DNA of 56,705 bases from Klebsormidium nitens (GCA_000708835.1 DF237528.1:1-56705); one strand, 5' to 3'. Shown: positions 12,758-25,076, counted from the first letter of the stretch. Program-made: numbers and translations. The notes: a model not told the origin generated them from the sequence alone.

Positions 12758-15700
12758 ATGGAGGCCCTGCTGCTGAGCGACCTGCCAGCCCCTGGCATCA
12801 CACTGTCGCGCCTGGCATCGCTGGTCAATGACAGCCATGCCCAGGGGGCACAGGCGGAGGTGCGACTGAAGAAGGCAAAGAAGAAACACGCCCAGCCAGC
12901 AGACAGCCCCGCCGGGGGTGGAGGGTTAGACTCTGGTCGTGTGGGTGAGAATGCAGAATCAGGGAACACCATGGCAGGACCCACGACAGTGCTTGGCGCA
13001 GACTCTTCTGACGAGCAGCAGGATGATCGGAGATCACCACCGTTTGAGATCACGTTGAATCCTAGGGAGCACAAGGCTGAAGGTGGCGGTGTGAAAACCT
13101 GTGACGCGGTGGGCTCCCCCCCCGCTCCCGCCAAGGCAGCCCCCAAGTCTAGGGTTAGCTTCCGGCCCAAGGAGGAGAAGCCCGCCTGGGACGGCCGCAA
13201 GAGCAAGCCACAGCAAAACAAGGCAGAGCCAGAGCAGGCCACGGGCAGCCCCGAAAGTAGCCCCCCCAGAATTAGGGTTCCGCAGGGCTCTAAGGTGTCC
13301 CAGAAGGCTGGCGGCCCCAATGGTGCAGCCGGTGCGGCGCCAACAAGTGCACGCCCCGAGATGGACACAGGAACCAGCGCGAAGGCCAAGGCACGGAAGG
13401 CATCTTTGGCCGGACGGGCATCGTTGAGCGGCGTGTTTGGGGCGCTGTCGGCGAGCGCGGTGCAGCTGGGCGGGGTGCAGCGCGCGGCGCACAAGATGGA
13501 CGCAGCAGAGATGCGGCGCCTGGAGGACATGCTGGCCAAGGTCAGGGAGGCTGTGGAGGCGGAGCGCCAGGTGAGCCAGGGCAGCGCCAGGAGTGGGGCA
13601 GAACAGACGACTTAAACTTCACTATGACCTGGATGACCTCATGCAGTCAGCAGAGCGAAAATGAGACTTGCCCTGGTGTGAGATGCCTGGCTGAAGAAAT
13701 TACAGTTTCATTGGTGGACCTACCTCACAAAATGAATTCACAGTCTCATCTGTGAACCCTCCAACATTAGGCGAGCATAGTTGGCAACCACTTCGACCAG
13801 ACTGGATTCATGGTAGATGGGAGGACTTCCATTGAGAGCAGGCCCCCCTGGAAAATGGCCAGCCTGAGCTGGTTGCATCCCCTTCTGAGCCGGTGCTGGC
13901 GGTGCAGGCGATGGCTGCGGAGCGCGCGGCGTCGGAGGCGTCGTGCGCGGGCGTGCTGGAGCGCGCGGCGCACTCGTGGCTGCGCATCTGGCAGGTGCAG
14001 CGCGTGTACGCGGGGTCCAAGGAGGCGGCGCTGCTGGGCCTGCCCTGGCGCGGCCACCTCAGCTTCCCGTTCCTGCACTGGAAGAAGACCGCGCAGCAAA
14101 AGGCGCAGCGCCGTCGCCAGCGCCGCAAAGCGGACCTCGAGTACAAGCGGACGCTCTTCAAGCGCTGGCGCCAGGTACGTGACCGCCGCTCGTGGGTCTT
14201 GTATCGCAGGCGTGGGGTTCATGAGGCAGTGCGCTATAGACCAACATCTCTGTACCAGATTTAAAATGTAGGATTGACGAGCAAGCTGCCAGTTGAGGTG
14301 CCAAGCAGGGGCCTAGTCTGTCGATCAGCAGGGGTTCAACTTCTCCCTCCCAGCTGTCATCTCTGGTGCTCGCAGGCCGGCCAGCTGTCAGCGGGGATGG
14401 CTGCGAGTGTGTCTGCTTTTGAGCGGCGGCGGTGGCGGAGCCAGCAGCGGGGCACGCTGCGCTCGTGGAGGGCGCTGATCGACGACCGCAAGACCGCGCA
14501 CTCGCGGCTGCGGCAGTGCGTCCAGAGGTGGCAGGCCGGCCGGCTGCACCAGGTACGGCCCCGGTGCGGGCTGGCAGGCACGTGTAACATTGAAAGCATT
14601 CCGCCCAGCTGTTTGTTACTTGTTCTTAAGGTGGAAGTCTGTATTGAAGTCTGTGAAGAGCCAAGCCACCTGCCAGCTGTTTATGGAAGTCGAATGTACC
14701 TCCTTGGTGTTCTGCCCCAGCCGCATGCTCGCTTGGCAGGCCGCCTGATTCTGTGTGGCGCTGTGTGGTGCGCAGGCGTGGCAGCGGTGGCGCGAGGGCG
14801 TGGAGGTGCAGCAGAGCAAGAAGGCACGCCTGGTCAGTCCTGTCGCGTACTTCCATTGCTCGCTTTGGTAGGCCCGTGCTGAGATTCGGAGGAATTTATC
14901 CTGAAAGAAGTTGACGAAAATCGTTTCAAATGACAACATCGCTAGAAGCTGACATCCAGAGGCGCGTGTTGTCTTCGTGCTTGTTTCAATCAATACACAA
15001 CCTAAGCTTTTGTTTTGATGAGCCCCACCTCGTCTCCCTCCTGGCCGGAGACCGGGACCAGCGCGTGTTGTCGCTTGCTCGGGTAGCACTCCTAGCCGAC
15101 CCCGGGAATGTCGCCTGGGCACGTCTTGAATCAGCCTGTGACACCCCTGCAGTGACCTTTTCTTCACCCCTCTCGTCCTGCCGGTCTCCAGGGCAGACCC
15201 CCTTTCGCCGCCCCCGTTCGCACTTTGCGTGAGTAGCTGGCTCTTTTGACTCTGCGTCTCCTTTCTCTGTGCAGGCGCGCGCACGCCGGCACGTGCAGGG
15301 CATCCTGGTGCGCGCGGCTTTCTCGGAGTGGCGGGGCCTGGTGTGCGTGAGCGCGCACGCGCGCGAGGTGATGCGCAACAGCAGCGAGCGGCTGCAGCAG
15401 CGCGGCCTGCTGCGCGCCTTCCGCGGCTGGCGCGAGGCCGTGGCCGAGGTGCAGCGCCAGCGCGCCATCATGCAGCGCGCCGCAGGCCACATCATGCACT
15501 CCGCGCTCGCGCAGGTCAGCGCGCGCTGACAAAGCGCGGAAGAATGCTCTGCGTGACCGCATGCGAGCCTGCAGAGGAAGCCTGCCACTGACAGGAGAAC
15601 TTCGAAGCTTCGTCCTGCTGTCGCGTTGCTGTTGTGTTGCTCTCGCTGCTCGTGTGGTCCGGTGTCTGTTGCGAACACAGGAAGCGAGTTCGTATGTTGC

Positions 15701-17709
15701 GGTTCGCGGTTGTGCTTGCAAGATGTCGAACAAAACTCTTTCGGTGCCAACGTGAAAAATTTGTCGAGAGGCGCCGTATGGCGCTCTGGATTGATTCGCC
15801 ACTTTACCCGCTGACGCCTCACGTTGTCTTGTCGTACAGGCCTTTTCTGCATGGGTAGCCAAGACGCAGCTGCAGCAGGCGGTGCGCCGCTTCGCCGCTC
15901 TGCTGCGCAACCGGGTGCAGCTGTCGGCATTCAACACGTGGCGGTCCGCCGTGCACGAGGGCCGCCAGATGGAGCAGGACCTGCACCAGGTGAGGGCCCG
16001 CAGAACGCGCAGCACGCGCCCGCCGGAAAGCGGCGGGGGGGTCGGAACATGCGCGGTACAGGGTCCCGAGGCCAGAGTTGACTCCTTTCAACTTCTGACG
16101 ACATTGTGAACCGCGTACCCAAAGGTACAATTTCGTAGGAGTAGGTATGCCGAAGGCGCAGGAAGTAGAGGCCGTCATCGTTGGCGGATGCTCCATCGTT
16201 CTCACAGTAACGGTTGCCAATGTGAGAACCAATTAGGTTCGCTCGTTGGCATGCTCAGGAGAACGAAACAACTTCGCAAACTCACGTATTACGACGGTCG
16301 CCGTTGCTTGCTCGTTGCTCCGCTCGACTCTGCGCGAGCGGATCCCTTGCTGACTCGTCGCGCCCCCCCATGCAGGTGTTCGCGCACCGGCGTGAGGCGT
16401 TTGCGGGCGAGATGCTGTCTCGGTGGCGCGCGTGGCGCAGCGGCGGCGTGGCCCCTGAGGGCGGGTCGGCGGGCGCGCTGCGGTGGGCGTTCCGGAAGTG
16501 GCGCGCGCGGCTGGGCGAGAAGCGGCAGCTGCGGCAGCACGCGCGCCGGCTCGCGAAGCAGCGCACGTTCCGCCAGTGGGCCGCGCACACGCGCTGGGCC
16601 AAGAACCTGCAGGCCACCACGCTGCAGCGGCGCGCCTTCGACAGGTGGGCGGGCAAAGCTTGTGACGGCGGCTATGACTGTCTGCGATGTATCATGACAG
16701 GTTGATGAACCTCATAACGAAGAATTCTTTACGTGTCAACATTGTTGGACCGATCAGGCACAACGACAGCCGCTCCGATCTGGAGAAACGTGTTGGGACT
16801 GTCCTTAAGTATGTCTTGTTGATCCGCGGTCTAACTGCCTCCGTGCTCTCTTGCTGTTCCTGTCTCTCGACTCGCCTTCCATTCTTCAACTGCCCGGTTC
16901 AGCAGGGAGCTCCGGGTTGAGCTCGCCCGCTTTCGTGAGACGTCCCTAAACACCCTTTACAATTTTGAACTCGGCTCATCTTCTTTTATCTCCCGGTCAC
17001 CTCTTCCATATGCGACGTGTCCTGCCTCCAGGTGGAATACGTGGACGAGCGTGCGCATGCGCGGCAAGAGTCTGGCGACCTTGGAGGCTGCGCTGGCGAG
17101 TAGCGAGCAGCGGAGCCGCGATCTGCGCGCGCAGCTGCAGGCGATGCAGGACGAGCGGGACGCCGCCAACCAGGTGTGCGCGCACGTAAAGGCCCCCAGG
17201 CGCTCAGCACGGGAATAGCGAACTCCCAACCCCGACCGCAGCCCTTTGGCGGCAACTCGTGTGCTTTCAGTGTGACCGAGTAACTCGCGAAATTGATTGT
17301 CTTTGTGAAAACTTCAAGCTGGTTTATCAACCCGTGTGTCACAGTCTTCCAAGAACCGACCATCACGGTAGGTTTGATGCGATTGCTTGCGTGCTTGTCG
17401 CACCGCCTCTCTTTGCGTGCCCTCATTCGCTCTACTTCAAACGAACTTATCAGTGAATCCTTGTCACAAGCGCTTTTGTGATTCTGGAGCTCTAAAAGCC
17501 GTTCGGGTGCGGCTGTGCAGCGCGGCGCGGACTTGGTGGCTGCCGTGCGCAGCCTAGACTGGAAGCTCCAGTCGGCGGCCAAGGGGCAGGGGGCGTCCCC
17601 CCCGCGGTCGCCCCGGGTGCACCCGCCAGCACCGACGAGTCAGGGCAAACCAGATCCCCGAGCCAGAGGCGTTATGTCCCGACCAAACGAGCGAGTACTT
17701 GAGGTCTGA
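12758..17709 (+). CDS. Sfi1-repeat-like (centrin-binding type) protein, 9 exons, about 767 aa
   Basis: Exons 12758-13570, 13908-14174, 14376-14552, 14776-14832, 15275-15514, 15840-15989, 16376-16644, 17032-17173, 17521-17709, all in phase. Recurrent (A/L)F..W(R/K) motifs in an Arg/Ala/Gln helical region (LFKRWR, AWQRWR, AFSEWR, AFRGWR, AFSAW, AFNTWR, AFRKWR, TFRQW, AFDRW); low-complexity N-terminus. Confidence 0.7.
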
Positions 17710-17899
17710 GCTAGACCGAGCCGCCCTGCTGAAACTGATTGATAACTTATGTGTGGCAAACTGAATTTGCCACCTGATTATGTAAAAACAACATCTAGGA
17801 TCTTTGACCGGACCATAGTCGAGAGTGCTAATGGTCCTAGCTAAGTTCACACGAAGGCTCTGAGGCATGCAAGTCACGGTGCTGGACATGACAAGCTGC

Positions 17900-18720
17900 T
17901 CAGCCGCGGCTGACCGCCGCTCAGCTGCAGCTCATGGAGCGATTGAGATGCACACTCGTTAGTCATCTGCTCACAGTACGCGCGCTGTCACTGTATGCAT
18001 GGCAACGTACCACGTTGGACGTGCGATTGAACCGTCTCGACTACACAGATCAACTGATCCATTATCAGTTGATCGAGTCTGCCAGGTGACCGTCATCGCC
18101 GTCTCCTTGTCATCTGCCTCGTGGTCCGACGGGCCCGCATGCTCAAGTTGTGCTCCAGTGCTTTATAATACATCTGAGTCATTGAATGCCATGCCTAATT
18201 GGCCTACAGAGTACGGTCACATACGTACTGTACGCGACGTCTGGCACATAGGAGTCACCGTGAGTCTGTCATTGTCACTTTATTATACTCCTCATCTCAT
18301 CGCACACCACTATAATCACTCTGTACGTTAACGCCTGACGACCCGGGCAGGCAAGCTTGACTTATGTATGATCGAACGACTCACTGGCGCTGGGCATGTA
18401 CAGAAAGCATACGTTGGGTAGCCTGCGCTGGGCACGAGAAATTAAGAGCGAATCTTCCATGTGGTCACTATCAAAATGGTTAATGACATACTGAGTCTCG
18501 CTAGGAACTCTGTCATGACTCACGTACCATTAACCTAAGTTACACAGAAGCGGAATCGGTACGGCCTTCGAAGGGCGCTACCGTACGACAAATCAGCCGG
18601 GAACTCGGCATCTGCATTGTTGCCCTGGTGTTCATTTGGTTAAGAGGAACTGTAAACGGCTAAGTTTGGATACATATCTCGAACACTCTATGCGTACTTG
18701 GGTTTTGCTTGAAAGGTACT
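17900..18720. other. Palindrome-word-rich island between convergent Sfi1-like and EGF-module genes
   Basis: GTAC/GATC/CATG/TACGTA-rich, no credible ORF; approximate limits. Confidence 0.55.
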
Positions 18721-18800
18721 AAGTCATGTCACGCCAGGTACCCAATAAGGTTAGAAGATTGAGATTGCAAAGCCAGAACACTTCAAAACCGAGCACAAGA

Positions 18801-21800
18801 TTACAAATTTGGCGTGAGGTAAGTTCCGCTCTTGCACCGGGGGAAGAAGCTGTCCGGGGGAACGAACCCGTCGCATCCCGCGGAGTCGCAGCAGATGTAT
18901 CTCCCCAGCGGGTCGTTGTTGTACCAGCAGCGCAAAGGGAAGCTTGCAGCGGCCCCGGTCCCGCACACGCCTAGGCATAAAACACGTGTCGATTGGCGTT
19001 TCGCCCCGGCCACAAGTGCATGATCTCAACTCTCCAGCTTGGCACCTACTGGTGGATCATGACGGGCCGCAGCCATTTCACCAACAAATAAAGACCTGAA
19101 GCTCTGACCTCTCGGGAACGATGACCGCTGATCCCAAACAGGCTTTCCGGGATTCGAAGAGGCAGATTGCAAATTGGGGTCGCGTGGCTGTGAGACAGCT
19201 GATAAAGCCAAGTCCCTTTTCTGCCCTAGTGACAGAGCGCCTTGAAACCTCCCCTACATGATATCGGCTCTCCTTTGCCGCCTTCCAGGTTGAAGGGAGT
19301 ATCAGCTTCTGAAAACAAGCGGACGGTAATTCATAAAGCTTTCTTTACGGTCGTACAAAGTGACCGGATCGCATGCGAGCTTTTTAAACCTACTGGCAGA
19401 GCCGTACAGAGTATTAACATGTTTAACACGCACGCGGAAACTCGTTGAGTCTGGGTGAAAAGGGGTTCCGTATTTGAAACACTTCCGCTTTCCGACTGCG
19501 ACGCATTTTCCATCAAACGGCCACGACCCTGAGAAACGCCACGTGAGCGGGTCGACAAAGCCTTTCAATAAACGCTTTGTGTATCGAACCAGGAGACATG
19601 GGAAGAGAAAAATGAGTCCGCTCACCCTGCGAGCCACTCGGAGGCTCAGGGGAGGGGGGCGACGCCCCGACGCCAAAGTTAGGTGGCACGTAGCCGTAGT
19701 TTTTGCAGTGGGGGGTCAGGTTGTCGGCGTTGAATCCGTCGCAGCCCTGCCCATCGCAGCAGACGTAGCGCCCCTGGGGGTCGCTGTTGAACCAGCACCG
19801 CGTCGGGAAGAAGGCCGCGTCGCCCGAGCCGCAAACACCTGCAGGGGACGGCACGCCTCGTGACGGCTTGCACAAAACACAGTGCCAACGCCTGTGTGGA
19901 ACCAGCTCAGCCCGAGCTTATGTTGCGGGTGAGCTTTGAAGCGACCGGATGATTCTGAACACAGTCGTGCACCAGTCGGAAGCGTGCTGGATCATTGATC
20001 CCCGGACTTCGATTGTTCATTAAGACGAGATTCGGTTTCACATCGATTCTGATCCTGCTGCAGAGTCGAGATGAATGGCGGGTAACCTTTTCGACGCAGC
20101 TTTTGAGAACCCAACCTGCTACTGAGGACGCACACTGCCCTGGAAAGGTGACATCAGTGGTTACGCTCAAGTGAAAGGAAGCAGCAAGAAGAACTTTCTG
20201 GAAACCAATCAGCTACTTGGGCACTACCTTTCCAACACGAGGGAGCGAATGAAGTTTCTTGGCGATTCTGCCGGGGCGACTCGTCCAGCTCCCCCGGAAC
20301 TTATAGATCTGACAAAATTCTCCATCGGCTGGATACGTCAACTGAACGATATGATTCGACGCCAAGACCGGCTGTGCAAAGAAGCAGAATGCATCGTAGT
20401 CTGGTCTCCGATCATCCCTGCTTGCAAAGAACAGAGTACGGCATGAGCTTGTGATTTAAGGAGACTGTTGCTGCCGGATAGGGTCAACCCCAAACGTCGA
20501 GACGAAAAAGCGGAGACTCTTAGCGGAGTATCGTACCTTCGGATCCACTCGGGAGGGGGCCCGACGGGGGCGAGGTTGCCGGGGGGGTAGACGGACTCGT
20601 CCCCACGCCGAAGCCAGGTGGCACGTAGCCATTGGCCTTGCAGTGGGGGAAGAGGTTGTCGGGGGGGTTGAAGCCGTCGCAGCCGGCCGCGTCGCAACAG
20701 ACGTAGCGCCCCTGAGGGTCGTTGTTGAAGTAGCACCGGACAGGGAACGCGGCCGCGGAGGTGAAGCCACAAACACCTGCCGAGTGGAACATGTGATACG
20801 TTTTGGAAGTGGCCCTTCGATCAGGAAGACCCGAGCTCAAGCTACAGTCTATCGTTCCCTTCCCGGATCTCCCAGCGACGCAGAGTCGAAAGTGCGCCTC
20901 AAGGGCCCATTGCTGCAAGTTCGCTAACGCGTCGGAAGGCAGCGGGCTGCACACACCCGCTCAGGAGAGGGATCGTGCATCTGTGTCTTTGGAGATAGTC
21001 TAGAGCGAGTTGCCCAGTTTGCGCCGTTTCGAATGCCGACTGATCTTTGAGATGCAATTGCACTCTTCGTTTGTCTCAATCTGCAATAGGAGCGGGTGGG
21101 AATAGCTAGTAGCTACGAGTTCGACGCTCGCTTTTTCTGAGCTTTTTCTATGCAACGGAGGCTTCTCAGATTTCTTCACTAGTCAAAGAAATCAAAGTCG
21201 TCCTTGCAGCCTCGAATCTAGGCCTCACCTTGAAAGCCGCTCGGTGGGGGGCTAGACTTCTTCACCGGTGTCGGGTACTGGCCATTCGGGACCCTGCACG
21301 CAAGATGTCCGTCATCAGACACGTCATGCACACGGGTTGGTCAAAAAGCCGCATTCGGATAATATGGAACAACCAGGGTTTGTTCATGCTGGGTTAGGTA
21401 CCATTGGACGGAACTCGTTTGCTCAGGGATTGGCGAGCCTCCTTATTCAAGCACGACCAAGCGGCAGACGAGGTAAGCAACCACATGACAGCTTAGTAGG
21501 AGCTGGATACCTTTGAAAAGCGTCTTTCAGAAGTTTTCTTTGTGAGAGTGCCGCCAGCGAATGAGAGCTGTTGAGCTCTTCAGGCCAGATGCAGACAAGG
21601 TCAACACAGGGGGGGATACTCCAGGAGCTCTCAAACTGGACGGCCAAGTTTGCGGAGACAACCGGTCAGAGCTGGATTCGCTTCAAGAACATATAGAGAA
21701 ATCCGGAACGCACATTCACATGTGGGTCGAAGCACCCATCTCTTACTTTCGAATCTCCAACAGGGGACGACTTGGATCACTCACGAAAGGGCGCAGGTCT

Positions 21801-23451
21801 TCCCGAGAAACCCAAAAGGGCAGGCGCAAGTGAAGTCGATGACCTGGTTGCTGTTCTCCCCCTCAGGGATGGGACCCAAACGGTTGCCAAACTGTACGCT
21901 GCATGTACCCCCGTTCTCGCAAGGGTTGGGACTGCATGGGTCCCGACCTGCACAGTAGAATTAGCCCTTTGCAAAAGCGGACGGCCAAGTGAGCCTGTTG
22001 ATGTGGATCATTGAAGTCCACGACGTCCTAAAGGGACTTTGTAAGTCCAGGCTGTTCTTGAGAGTACATTCAAGTGGGAAAGCGCAGGTGATTTTGCGAG
22101 GAGACTTTTCTGTGTAATCTGCATGTAAGGATTTTTTTTCGTAATGCTTCTGCAGAGCCACGTCGGAAGCTTTGGCAAGATTCCCAGGAGCGAATACGAC
22201 TAGGCCCGAACAGTACTTCATCTTATCATTCCAATACAATAGAGATACAGTTGAAAAAGGTCAAGTGCCCCTCGACTTATAAGGTCATGGCTGAGGTGCT
22301 AAGAGGTGGTTTGGTTGACAAATCGGTGGTCAGGGTAGAGGCTGTTACCTGGGATGAAGCAACTGATGTGATTCCCAATGCCCTTGGTACTCTGGTAGTC
22401 TCCTCGATAATATGGGGGGTTGCACACGCATATGTGCTGGTACGAATAACCAGCGATGGAGCCGGACGGGTTCTGCACACACACGTTGCCTGCAAGCACA
22501 CAAACAGAGAAGGGAAGTACATTATTAACCATGTTTGTCTGAAGCTCTTTCGAAAATCTTAAAGCTGCCAACTACCGTCTTGTGATGGCCACACCCACCA
22601 GGCAGATACTGAGTTCTCCCCATGAGAATAACAAAAGCGAAGGCCAATAGGAAAAAGATAATAAGGATACGGAGAGACAAAAGTGTCAAGGAAGTAGGAA
22701 ACTTGCATGGGTCCCACTCCTCAAACAAGACGGTGAAGTAGACGGGCTTTAGAGAAAGAGGTGAGGAGAAGTAAACAAGACAGTGAAGGATCAAGAAGAA
22801 ACAAAAGTCTGAATGGTAAGGTTGTGTCTTAGGCCCTTCTGAGGGGCCTGCAGGTTGAAACTTAGTTGAGAGCCAACGAGAATGACGAGCAGGGTTCTCT
22901 GCAGGTGTGTTGCAACAAAGAGAGCAGAGCCATAAACGAGAGGAAGCGGGAAGGATTGGGGCGCAGCAGCCATGCTTGATACCTCGCAGAATCTTCAGAT
23001 TGGGAGTTTTCCTTGATGATTTGATGTTGAGATACTGACAAAAATGTAATAAACAAACCACTGCAAGGCACTCATCTAGTAGACTCTGCACAGATTGGTG
23101 GAGGAGCTGGCAACCCCTTCCGGGAACCTTTGGTTCAAAAACAGCAGGAGATACCAAGGGTCTATTTGCTTGGCAGACACTGCCAGTAATGTCCATCCTT
23201 CCTTCCAGTTGGGCAGAATAGGCAATGAGAATGCCTCAAAGGAACATACCTGGGCCGCAGCCAACTACCTCATTGTAGCACTGATCGGCATCGCACTCAA
23301 CAAGGTCGGAGGTGCCCCGTTGGATAGGTATGAACCCCGGCGGGCAGGTGTAATCAGCTGCTAGTGCATTGGTATACTCCTGAGCTGATACTGAGAAAGG
23401 CGAGACGCACAAGAGCGCAAGCGCCACAACTAGGAGGCAAGTGGGTGCCAT
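18801..23451 (-). CDS. Secreted modular Cys-rich protein: signal peptide, 2 EGF-like modules, 3 tandem copies of an unrecognised 6-Cys module, Pro-rich linkers; 7 exons, 397 aa
   Basis: Exons 23250-23451, 22349-22489, 21785-21947, 21229-21293, 20537-20776, 19626-19838, 18801-18970; all GT-AG, intron phases 1,1,2,1,1,1, total 1194 nt open. N-term [24 protein letters not shown]; [31 protein letters not shown]. Confidence 0.85.
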
Positions 23452-24049
23452 CGCTGCTGCTTATCACAGAGAATGCTGGAAAACTGGACAGCTGGTGTGG
23501 AGAGCTCTCACAACATACAAGCAGCTGGAAGAGTTGTCGGATGCTCCTTGAAGTCGCAGGGCAAGTACTACTGTTAGAGGGAATTCTTCCCAGCGATTGT
23601 ATCAGTTTTTCAAGGGGAGGTGTGTTTGTAACCTGCTCGAGTGTCTGAAGCAATAACGACCAAGCAGCAAGTCGACTTCGACGAAAGCTCGGGTGCTACC
23701 GTGCTTGGATGGGCAAAAGACTGGAAGCCTCTGCAAGCTCTGCTCGATCAGGTACCGGAAGATGTTGGTCACATCGTCGTCAGGAGCAGCCCCAGCTACC
23801 AGCTTACATGTTAGATGATAATCAAGTTGAAAGGGCCTGCTGGCCAGCTTCAAGCTCCAACCCGATTGCATCTACGGTAGATCAAATCTCCAACTTCAGC
23901 AACTTGTCCAGCTGAGCTAGTTCGGGCAAAGCGGACATCCGACAAAAGCTCGCTGCTCCAGCTGCCAGCTCCAGGCTGTTCAGTTCTAAGCATTCAAGAC
24001 GCACCGTAGCGGCATTCCTGACTCCTGAGCAGCCTGCATGATTGATTCA

Positions 24050-24700
24050 GAGATCCACGGCCCGGGGGCCGGGTACTCCGACTCCGAGTTGGGCGATCCA
24101 TCGAGTGAGCACTGCATGCATGATGCACTGCAACCCCTGGCCGGAGAGTCTACCGGTACCTTGGTAGCTTGCTGCACAGTGGTGTCGGCGACCGGGGCCC
24201 GGGCGGTACTATATATTTAAGCATTCGATTGCTGCCGCCGTCCCACGTGACGGTGCCAGTCACCGTCACTCAACGTGGCCGGTAATTCATTGTACACCGG
24301 TGACCGGCCCTAAACGCCTCGCGATTCTGGTGAGCTGAGTACGTATATGCGCGGTGCCCCGGGGGCCAGGGCCCAGGAGTGGTTGGGCGGTCAACTACCG
24401 GTCTGCCGGTGACTACCGTCTAGTACTCGGAGTCCGGACGCGCGGGCTGGAGCCGCCGGTCGTTGACGTGCGCGCGGCCGCCAGCGGGCGGGCCCTCAGG
24501 CCGCGCGGCCGCTTCGCTCAGGCTGCCGCTCGCGCGCGCTAATCACGGCACTCAGGCCAGGCCTGAGTCATGAGCGGGGTTGCCCATTGCAGCCTAATTC
24601 GAGGCCCTCAAAGCGCATGATGGGGGCCTACTGCAGTAAGTGCAGCCATGCTTATATGGCATCCTCATCCTGAAATGTTGTATGGTTTCGAGTCCATCAT
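24050..24700. other. Palindrome/hairpin-rich island between GT43 3' end and EGF-module gene 5' end
   Basis: 9-bp stems GTGACGGTG/CACCGTCAC (24247-24269) and ACTCAGGCC/GGCCTGAGT (24550-24568); many CCGG/GGCC/CGCG. Confidence 0.6.
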
Positions 24701-25076
24701 GTAAAGGAATACGTGCGGCGTCAGTGCGCAAATCTTGTCTAGCTCAATAAGCATTGCATGGTGTTCTCTGTGTTACACCCAAGATCCATGGGCGGCTGCA
24801 AACTGGCGGTGAAACCGTGAAGTATGGCAGACGAGACTCGGATTTGTAAATCCGGATCTCTACACCCGAGGATACGAATTAGATTGAAACATCAGACCCA
24901 AGCCTGCCGATCATCTGTTGGACAACTTGACAAGCGCTCACATAAGCAGTTTCAAAACATTTGTCCGAATCGTTATGCGCCACATCAGCACAACGCACGG
25001 TCCTCACAATTGCAGCGTGCAGCAAGCTGGTTTCAGACTCGTGCGGATGAGTTAGTATGGTGTCAATGGACCCAAC

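Noticed and set aside
12682-13539. 285-aa minus-strand ORF
   Set aside because: Antisense shadow of GC-rich exon 1 of the Sfi1-like gene.
14986-16015. 314-aa and 283-aa minus-strand ORFs
   Set aside because: Antisense shadows across Sfi1-like exons and introns; no domain signal.
21779-21784. Possible stop (TCG TGA) ending the EGF gene after exon 3
   Set aside because: The TGA lies in a consensus GTGAGT donor, and a phase 2-to-1 exon at 21229-21293 links it to the repeat exons; an alternative short isoform is not excluded.
22525-23196. 223-aa ORF inside intron 1 of the EGF-module gene, with a CAG acceptor near 22850
   Set aside because: No matching donor or module-like content; exon 1 joins exon 2 in phase and completes EGF-1 without it.
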